From a virus: a stretch of DNA of 59,345 nt. The DNA is taken from positions 1-59,345 of IMG/VR virus record IMGVR_UViG_3300009285_000007; one strand, given 5' to 3'. This document shows positions 53,998 to 59,345 of this stretch, piece by piece (within the stretch, counting starts at the first letter, position 1; each line of letters opens with the position of its first letter). The notes under the pieces are model-generated. The model saw only the letters and a list, made by a program, of their open reading frames with translations. It was not told the origin of the DNA and searched no databases. Both the position numbers and the translations under genes were made by a program.

Positions 53998-54706
53998 CTC
54001 GCATATCCTTTCGGAGGAAGCTCACCACGAGCTCCAGTTGCTTGCTGTTATGGTACGGCTGCAGCACCGGCGCGTACTCACGCCACGTGGCGATGCCCCA
54101 CTTGTGTAGCGTCGAGGGTAGGGGGCAGCCGGTGAAGATGTCGTTGCGCGAGTAGCCAGCGATGTAGAGCGATCGTGCTGCGCCCCACAGCGCGCGGAAT
54201 TCTGCGGCGCGCATCCGCACGTCGTTCCGCTCGTATCGGATCTGCCACTGCTGTCCGGCCGGCAGGTTGATCGGCGCGAACGGCAGCGTGTGAATCTGGC
54301 CGCTGTCCGCGATAGCCATTGCCCACTGGCATGACGGAGGGCTGAGCAGAACGGAAAGCAAGTGGGCGACATCGGCCTTGTTCGTCGCGTAGACACACGG
54401 CCCACCGATGGGTCCGCGACTCGGCGGGCACTGGCCGTCAGAGCGCCAAAGCACGGACCATGATCGCAGCGTGTTTGGCGGCTTGCCGCGCATCGTCCAG
54501 ACGCAGGCGCGGCAGATGTGAGACGATGCCGGCACAGCGAGGTCGCGGAAGTCGGAGAAGCTGCTGCCGAATGCCAGCGATGAGAGTATGCCAACGTTGC
54601 CGCAGGGTGCACCGCAGAGCGTGCACAGGTCGTCGGTGGATTCAATCGGCCGCTGACAGTCTGGCTCGCCGCAGTCGTGCCAGATGTGTTGCGTCACGCT
54701 GGGCAT
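53765..54706 (-). CDS. csf1: Csf1/Cas8-like large subunit with N-terminal Zn-finger clusters
   Basis: AGGAGG RBS. HDCGEPDC...CTLCGAPC...CRAC. The last ~77 codons overlap the cas11-like gene out of frame and look non-coding. Confidence 0.55.
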   Translation of the reverse strand: MPSVTQHIWHDCGEPDCQRPIESTDDLCTLCGAPCGNVGILSSLAFGSSFSDFRDLAVPASSHICRACVWTMRGKPPNTLRSWSVLWRSDGQCPPSRGPIGGPCVYATNKADVAHLLSVLLSPPSCQWAMAIADSGQIHTLPFAPINLPAGQQWQIRYERNDVRMRAAEFRALWGAARSLYIAGYSRNDIFTGCPLPSTLHKWGIATWREYAPVLQPYHNSKQLELVVSFLRKDMRDDGRATDGPGGRSDIGNDAVGTAGHDPGAGLVAEGAGGNGKRGEPGRDGGPVHERDGAQAPDPGGHQRHSQLSLFAQ

Positions 54707-54897
54707 GCGTCCTCCTGCAGATCCATCCATCCCCCTGCCCCCAGCACTATCCTCCGCAACTCCGCGCACCCTACCCCAGGCCGTCCGTGGCAGCAGCAGC
54801 CGTGAGTGTGCCCTGCGGCCCAGCGGGTGCGGAGCACGGCGAGGGCTACTGTGACTGCCGGCGGCTGGTCCTGGGTCTTGCGGGTGCGGCGGGTCAT
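54694..54897 (-). CDS. Possible small Cys-rich ORF (67 aa)
   Basis: ATGA overlap with the upstream stop. MTRRTRKTQDQPPAVTVALAVLRTRWAAGHTHGCCCHG... Overlaps the csf1-like start by 13 nt. Confidence 0.35.
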   Translation of the reverse strand: MTRRTRKTQDQPPAVTVALAVLRTRWAAGHTHGCCCHGRPGVGCAELRRIVLGAGGWMDLQEDACPA

Positions 54898-55205
54898 GGG
54901 CCACCTCCCAGCGTGAGCTGCCTCGCTCTCATCCTCGCCGCGCGCTTGACCACGTCGACAGCCTCGCCGCCGGCCACGCTCGCCACGGCCGACCGCACCG
55001 CACCGTCGACGAGCTCGCGCACCCACTCCTCCTCAGCCAGTCGCTCGACAGCGCGCCGCACTTGGGAGCGGACTGCGGCGGCCATGGCGCCGTCGCTGTG
55101 GCCGCTACCCACGTGCAGCTCCGCGTCGAGGGCGCGGCGGGCGGCGTCCTCGATTGCGCCCACGGGGAGGCGGACTGTGATTTCGAGCCACTCAGAGTTA
55201 GTCAT
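54894..55205 (-). CDS. Hypothetical protein (103 aa)
   Basis: ATG at 55205 overlaps the radical-SAM gene's stop by 8 nt. MTNSEWLEITVRLPVGAIEDAARR... Confidence 0.65.
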   Translation of the reverse strand: MTNSEWLEITVRLPVGAIEDAARRALDAELHVGSGHSDGAMAAAVRSQVRRAVERLAEEEWVRELVDGAVRSAVASVAGGEAVDVVKRAARMRARQLTLGGGP

Positions 55206-55920
55206 GTGGCGCCTCCAATACCTTCCGCAGGTCGGCCTTGAGCACGTAGCGCCGGCCCGTCGCCTCGCAGAGGTCCACCGCATCGCGAGCGAACCGCGGC
55301 CAGTCGATCTCGCGAGCCCGAGCGTCGTGGTTCCAGCGGCCGATCTTGAACACGTCGACGTAGCCCTTGGCGCGCCGGATGAGTTCGAGCGTCTGCTCTG
55401 GGTCGATCACAGGCTCGAGGCTCGCCCAGGTCTCGATGCCGCGCGCGTGCGCTTCGGCGAGCGCGATCAGACGCTCGTGTGGTAAGGCCGCGTGCGGTTC
55501 CCACTTCCGGGAGTCGCTCGCCATTGCGAACGTCAGTGTAGCGCCGTACCGGTCGATCCCAGGCCGCAGCATGTCGAGGTCGCGCATGCTGCGCTCGCCG
55601 CTTTTGGTGAGGATGACCACGCGGCACCTGGCGCGCTGGATGATGTCGATGGCCTCGCGCGTGGTGCCGTCGCTGCCCGGCCCGTAGGGGTCGGTGGTGA
55701 AGCACAGCAGGACCTCGCGGCCGGCGTGGCGTGGCGCCTCCTTGACTAGCGACTCGAGCACGCCCGGGCGCGGCCCCTGCTCGTCGAACGCATCGCGGTG
55801 CATGTGCAGCGCGCGCGGGGCGTAGCAGTACAGGCACCCGTGGCCGCAGCCGCGGTAGAGGTTGACGGCGCGCTCGCAGTATTCGAGCGCCTTGCCCTTG
55901 GGCTCGTAGATGGACTGCAT
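55198..55920 (-). CDS. Radical SAM protein (SplB/COG1533-like)
   Basis: NLYRGCGHGCLYCYA contains the CxxxCxxC cluster at the N terminus. TIM-barrel-like length. Confidence 0.8.
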   Translation of the reverse strand: MQSIYEPKGKALEYCERAVNLYRGCGHGCLYCYAPRALHMHRDAFDEQGPRPGVLESLVKEAPRHAGREVLLCFTTDPYGPGSDGTTREAIDIIQRARCRVVILTKSGERSMRDLDMLRPGIDRYGATLTFAMASDSRKWEPHAALPHERLIALAEAHARGIETWASLEPVIDPEQTLELIRRAKGYVDVFKIGRWNHDARAREIDWPRFARDAVDLCEATGRRYVLKADLRKVLEAPHD

Positions 55921-56183
55921 CACCGCCTCCCCGGGGTGAGGGGGTCGGACTTCGGTGGCGACCGGCGCAGCTTCGCGATGCGGCACTGCGGCCACCACTG
56001 CTCACTATTGCTGTTCCAGCTAACCACAGCCCCGCGTAACGGACCGAGGATGGAGTCGTGATCCTCGAGCCGGATGATTCTGACGGTCCAGCATCCGAGC
56101 CGCGACATCCGCGTGTTGCCCATCTTCGTGCGGTGCACGTCGTAGAGCACGTCACCGGGCTTGATCTTGTCGAACGAAATCAT
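55920..56183 (-). CDS. Hypothetical protein (87 aa)
   Basis: GGAGGGAGATGAG RBS, identical to that of the 56490 gene. TGATG overlap with the radical-SAM gene start. Confidence 0.65.
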   Translation of the reverse strand: MISFDKIKPGDVLYDVHRTKMGNTRMSRLGCWTVRIIRLEDHDSILGPLRGAVVSWNSNSEQWWPQCRIAKLRRSPPKSDPLTPGRR

Positions 56184-56184
56184 C

Positions 56185-56490
56185 TCATCTCCCTCCATTC
56201 GCGCGCACCATCTTGTCCCCACGCACGCACCATCGGATGTCGCCCTCGAGCGTCGCCACGTCCGAGTAACGATCCGTGTCCGGGCCCTCGGCGGACTCAT
56301 GCGTGTACGCTGCCGAGCCGGTGACCATGCGCTCCACGCGCCAACAGCCATCGCCATCGTAGCGCACGCGCAGCACGGTTCCGTCGCTGAGGGCGAGTAT
56401 GGACGCATCGTCATCGCCCGGGTTGAATTCCTCGCTGATGTCGCCCTCGACCTCGATCAAATCGTCGCTTGCTCCGTAGATCTTGATCAT
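56185..56490 (-). CDS. Hypothetical protein (MIKIYGASDDLIEVEG family)
   Basis: GGAGGGAG RBS. Protein-like composition. Confidence 0.75.
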   Translation of the reverse strand: MIKIYGASDDLIEVEGDISEEFNPGDDDASILALSDGTVLRVRYDGDGCWRVERMVTGSAAYTHESAEGPDTDRYSDVATLEGDIRWCVRGDKMVRANGGR

Positions 56491-56491
56491 C

Positions 56492-56746
56492 TCATCTCCC
56501 TCCGTCCTGGGTCGGTGCGTAGCCCTCGCACGCTCTGCTATTGGCGTGCGTCGGCGTTGGGTTGTGGCCGAGCTGTCCGCGCTGCTGTCCGCACGCCTGC
56601 GCGTGGTCCCAGATCCCGCCCGGGTCGTAGCAGGTGAAGCCGCACTCGCAGCGGTACGACCGGCGCCAGCCGACTAGGTGCTCCACGTCGAGGAATCGGG
56701 TCAGGTGCAGCGTCTCGGTGCTGACGAAGGTACGGCGGTCGATCAC
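56492..56746 (-). CDS. Hypothetical Cys/His protein (84 aa)
   Basis: GTGA overlap start after AGGAGAG. RCECGFTCYD...HAQAC. Confidence 0.6.
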   Translation of the reverse strand: MIDRRTFVSTETLHLTRFLDVEHLVGWRRSYRCECGFTCYDPGGIWDHAQACGQQRGQLGHNPTPTHANSRACEGYAPTQDGGR

Positions 56747-57015
56747 GGCATCTCTCCTAACTCCAGCGCCGAGCAGATGGTGCACAGGTCGCAGTCGATG
56801 TTGACCCATGCCTCGGCGCCGCACTTCGGACAGGTGGTCATCGTCGAGGCGGCGAGGGCAGCGATTTCGCTGGCCATGACATTGCCAATCAGGCAAACGT
56901 TCGGCTCCCACGCTAGAGCGCACAGGAGCACGTCTATCGCGACGTCGCCGGCCTTGCGCATTGGGCGGTTGATGGCATGCCCGGTCGCGTGGAAATCAAT
57001 ACGAGTCATGTTCAT
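56743..57015 (-). CDS. Hypothetical Zn-ribbon protein (90 aa)
   Basis: GGGAGGTG RBS. CPKCG...CDLCTIC. ATGA overlap with the upstream gene. Confidence 0.65.
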   Translation of the reverse strand: MNMTRIDFHATGHAINRPMRKAGDVAIDVLLCALAWEPNVCLIGNVMASEIAALAASTMTTCPKCGAEAWVNIDCDLCTICSALELGEMP

Positions 57016-57155
57016 CCCCACACCTCCCAATCCCCAGGCGGATCTGGTCTGCCGAGCAGCTCTTTCCCCGCCTTCGTCACGCCGTAGATGCGCAGCTTCG
57101 ACGGGTTGCCATCGGTGCCAGGCTCGCGTCTCACTGCACAGTGGGCGCAGGTCAT
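57012..57155 (-). CDS. Tiny ORF (47 aa)
   Basis: ATGA overlaps at both ends. MTCAHCAVRREPGTDGNPSKLRIYGVTKAGK... Confidence 0.45.
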   Translation of the reverse strand: MTCAHCAVRREPGTDGNPSKLRIYGVTKAGKELLGRPDPPGDWEVWG

Positions 57156-57499
57156 GGGGCGGCGGCCTTTGGTGCGTGGTCCACGATCTCGGCCACGGCA
57201 CGGAGCGTCTCGAGCGAGGCCTTGTCCATGCCCTCGCGTGTCCACGCGCGCACGCGGGCCAGGCATCTCTTGCGCTCTAGCTCGTGCTCGTGCTCCAGCG
57301 TAGCGACCTCGATCCAAGATCGACTCCAGCCAGATTGACGCGGGTATGTGCTGCCGTAGTGCGTCCACTTCGATCCGTCGCTCAGCTCGATGAAGCGCTT
57401 TGTGACGCGCTCAATCTTGCGTATCGCGCTCAGGCCGCTGTCCCAGCCGCCACTGTAGACGGCGACGGACATGCCTGGCGTCAGTTCGGTCGTGATCAT
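57152..57499 (-). CDS. Hypothetical protein (115 aa)
   Basis: AAGGAAG RBS. The ATG gives an ATGA overlap with the integrase stop. Confidence 0.7.
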   Translation of the reverse strand: MITTELTPGMSVAVYSGGWDSGLSAIRKIERVTKRFIELSDGSKWTHYGSTYPRQSGWSRSWIEVATLEHEHELERKRCLARVRAWTREGMDKASLETLRAVAEIVDHAPKAAAP

Positions 57500-58809
57500 T
57501 TGGCTTCCTTTTGGGTGGAAGAGGCGGCGAAATCCACGTCGAGCAAGATACTCGGCGGCGAGTAGCGGCTCCGTCGCCGGAACGGAATCACCTGTGCCGA
57601 GTGCATGTGCCGACCACATGGTGCGTCGGCCTGCACTTCGGCGTGATCGGCAGCGCACGCTTGACATGCGGGACAGCTACTTGCATCACCCTGGATGTGG
57701 TCCGCTCGCCTTACAAGCCGGGGGTCCTCGGTTCGATCCCGAGTCCGCCCACGCACTTGCGGCACCTGTGCCGAGTCACCTGTGCCGAGTAGGAGCCGCT
57801 CCGCTGCGGCGGCAGTCGCGGCGGCGCGCGCTTCGGTGCTGTGCTGGTAGAGACTTGTCGTCCGTAGATCTCGATGCCCGAGGCTCTCGAGCGCCGCCCA
57901 TGGGTCGCCGCTGCCGGCGACTGCGAGCGTCGCGAACGTGTGCCGCAGGTCTCGCAGCTTGATCCTCTTGCCGTAGCCGATCCTCTCGGCCGCCTCGCGG
58001 TATGCTCGCCTGTGCGTGCCCTGCGCCAGAACATGCTCGGCCTCGGGGTCGGCCTCGACGCGGCGACGGATGATCTCAGCCGCAGCGTCGGTGAGCCCGA
58101 TCACGCGCTCGCGCCGCGTTTTGGCGTCACCCGCCGGCACCCGGAGCACGTAGCGCGTGGCGCTCCCGGCCGGGGCGGGCTCGACCCATGAGGCGCGCAC
58201 GCGCTTGAGCTCGGCGGCGCGGAGCCCGGTACGGAGGCAGAGCTCGACCTCGTCGCGGGCGTCCTGGTGGAGCTCGGCGAGCCATACGGCGAGTACCTCT
58301 GGTGGATGCAGTTGGCCGCGGGCCGACTCGAGCGGGGCGTCGCTGCGGATCTTCGGTCGCGCCGGCACACGACCGATGTGGCCGCGCTGGCGAGCCAACC
58401 CGAGCGCGCGGACTAGCGCCTGCGCCTCGCGGCGGATCGTCTGACCACGCACGCCAGCCTCGCGGCGCGCGGCCACGTAGCGCGTGATCGCCACCTCGTC
58501 GATCTGCTGGACGGGCTTGTCGCCGAAGTGATCGGCAAGCGGCGCCCAGACCCACTCGAGCGTCTGTGCTCGCGACTCGGCTACGCCTTCGGCCACGGCA
58601 CGCTCGACATCCCACTCTGCAAGCCTTGCCACGTCTATGGCTCCCCGCCGGCAGCGCGGTGCGGCCGCTTCTGCGTCAGCCCGTTTGCGGCGCTCCTCTG
58701 TCGTAGCCTGTCGCCGATCTGTCGTGCGAGCGGAACCGCGGTGCTCCTTGCCTGCGACGGTAAAGCGGTACCACCAGCGGCGTGATCCGGGGCGTCGATA
58801 CAACGACAT
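57496..58809 (-). CDS. int: Tyrosine integrase
   Basis: MSLYRRPGSRRWWYRFTVAGKEHRGS arm-binding N terminus. RDLRHTFAT...LGHRDLRTTSLYQH catalytic region. The ORF continues about 115 aa past the catalytic Tyr, through the attP core. AGGAGG RBS. Confidence 0.9.
   Translation of the reverse strand: MSLYRRPGSRRWWYRFTVAGKEHRGSARTTDRRQATTEERRKRADAEAAAPRCRRGAIDVARLAEWDVERAVAEGVAESRAQTLEWVWAPLADHFGDKPVQQIDEVAITRYVAARREAGVRGQTIRREAQALVRALGLARQRGHIGRVPARPKIRSDAPLESARGQLHPPEVLAVWLAELHQDARDEVELCLRTGLRAAELKRVRASWVEPAPAGSATRYVLRVPAGDAKTRRERVIGLTDAAAEIIRRRVEADPEAEHVLAQGTHRRAYREAAERIGYGKRIKLRDLRHTFATLAVAGSGDPWAALESLGHRDLRTTSLYQHSTEARAAATAAAAERLLLGTGDSAQVPQVRGRTRDRTEDPRLVRRADHIQGDASSCPACQACAADHAEVQADAPCGRHMHSAQVIPFRRRSRYSPPSILLDVDFAASSTQKEAK
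57589..57602 (+). repeat. 14-bp motif CACCTGTGCCGAGT, copy 1 (candidate integrase arm-type site)
   Basis: Identical to two tandem copies at 57763..57790 on the other side of the attP core. Confidence 0.5.
57705..57751 (+). other. attP core: 3' portion of a tRNA-Val(UAC) gene (anticodon loop to discriminator), not a complete tRNA
   Basis: CTTACAA anticodon loop, GGGTC variable loop, CTCGG-TTCGATC-CCGAG T-arm, TCCGCCC acceptor strand plus A. Closely parallels the E. coli tRNA-Val(UAC) 3' half from memory. No matching 5' acceptor strand or D-arm upstream. Confidence 0.7.
57763..57790 (+). repeat. 14-bp motif CACCTGTGCCGAGT, tandem copies 2 and 3
   Basis: Read directly. Starts 12 nt after the tRNA fragment end. 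Confidence 0.5.
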
Positions 58810-58988
58810 GCGGTGTCCTCCTGAGTGTCGATCCAGGCGTCGACATCGGCCGTTCGATAGCGTACCCGGCCGGCGATCCGCAACCTCCGCGGTCCATCGT
58901 CGGCTCGGTGCGCGAGCCAGGAGACCGAGCACCCGATCCGCTCGGCGGCCTGTGCGACAGTGAGCAAGTCATCGCGCACGGCTTGCAC
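58635..58988 (-). CDS. Excisionase/AlpA-type HTH protein (Xis-like)
   Basis: LLTVAQAAERIGCSVSWLAHRADDGPRRLRIAGRVRYRTADVDAWI is an HTH_17-like motif. GTG start. The C-terminal ~58 codons overlap int out of frame. Confidence 0.6.
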   Translation of the reverse strand: MQAVRDDLLTVAQAAERIGCSVSWLAHRADDGPRRLRIAGRVRYRTADVDAWIDTQEDTACRCIDAPDHAAGGTALPSQARSTAVPLARQIGDRLRQRSAANGLTQKRPHRAAGGEP

Positions 58989-59202
58989 CCACGGAATCGT
59001 CCGGCCCGCCCAACTCTCCCGCCTTACCTAACTCCTTGAGCGCCCATCTCCACTCATCGAGCGCAGCGTGTGCGAGGAACAGACGATCATGTGGGTCTGT
59101 CGCCGCTTTTCCAAGTCTAAGTAAGCGCTGCGCTTCCTTGATACTAAATTCTGCGTCGGTGAGATGCGACTTGCGCTCTTGTTTTGCTTCGCGCTCGTTC
59201 AT
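58969..59202 (-). CDS. Hypothetical protein (77 aa)
   Basis: TAATG coupling to the wrap-around gene. Confidence 0.6.
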   Translation of the reverse strand: MNEREAKQERKSHLTDAEFSIKEAQRLLRLGKAATDPHDRLFLAHAALDEWRWALKELGKAGELGGPDDSVGASRAR

Positions 59203-59345
59203 TACTTGCTCACCAGCCTCTCCACCACATCCCCAAGCCTTCGTAACTCCCGCATCGTCGCCGCAGCAAGTCCACCCTCACCGTCGAGCCTGGAGTCTGG
59301 GTGGCCGTCGAGACGGGTGCGGATGTCGGCGAGCTCGGCGCGGAG
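59202..59345 (-). CDS. 3' part of the junction-spanning CDS (see 1..470)
   Basis: In phase with 78..470 through the 77-nt overlap. Ends ...LRRLGDVVERLVSK-TAA. Confidence 0.6.
   Translation of the reverse strand, partial: LRAELADIRTRLDGHPDSRLDGEGGLAAATMRELRRLGDVVERLVSK
59269..59345. repeat. Terminal direct repeat, right copy, identical to 1..77
   Basis: Read directly. Confidence 0.95.

Noticed and set aside
57679-57751. A complete tRNA-Val gene
   Set aside because: Only the anticodon loop, variable loop, T-arm and 3' acceptor strand are present. The upstream sequence gives no GGGCGGA acceptor strand and no D-arm, and the anticodon stem has a C/C mismatch. Interpreted as the attP core instead.
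57496-58932. 478-aa integrase beginning at 58932
   Set aside because: The N-terminal 41 aa are an Arg-rich shadow. The conserved integrase N terminus MSLYRRPGSRRWWYRF starts at 58809 behind an AGGAGG RBS.

Overview
The window is one complete, circularly closed, GC-rich temperate tailed-phage genome. Positions 1..77 are identical to 59269..59345, so the unique length is 59268 bp, and one CDS reads in frame across the junction. There is no host flank.

Architecture: two large divergent transcription blocks leave a cI/cro-like switch at about 9.2-10.3 kb and converge at about 47.72 kb.
- Plus block (10.3->47.7 kb): Cro-like HTH, P63C protein, SNF2 helicase, an intein-interrupted beta-class DNA methyltransferase, RuvC-like resolvase and a replication organizer with an (SD)11 microsatellite. 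It continues with an isolated fibre-like gene cassette, TerS/TerL, Mu-F-like protein, portal, Com-like Zn-ribbon, XkdF-type protease/scaffold, decoration protein and gpE-like major capsid protein. It ends with head-tail genes, tail tube, G/GT chaperones with a G_GGA_AAA -1 slippery site, tape measure, tail tip, a run of signal-peptide-bearing lectin-like proteins, and lysis genes.
- Minus block (9.2 kb -> 1 -> wraps -> 47.7 kb): small early genes including Lar, a PD-(D/E)XK exonuclease recombination module, Xis-like HTH, a tyrosine integrase whose ORF runs through an attP core (the 3' part of a tRNA-Val(UAC) gene), then an accessory arm.

Most interesting: the accessory arm (about 50.3-55.9 kb) carries what looks like an array-less type IV-B CRISPR-Cas-like effector operon. 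The order is csf1-like Zn-finger, cas11-like, cas7/csf2-like, cas5/csf3-like and a cysH-like PAPS-reductase. It has an unusual in-operon ECF-sigma-like gene and an upstream SplB-type radical-SAM gene.

Limits: all functional calls rest on motif recognition by eye and on gene order. No database search was run. Many long ORFs in the track are antisense shadow ORFs typical of GC-rich DNA and were rejected.
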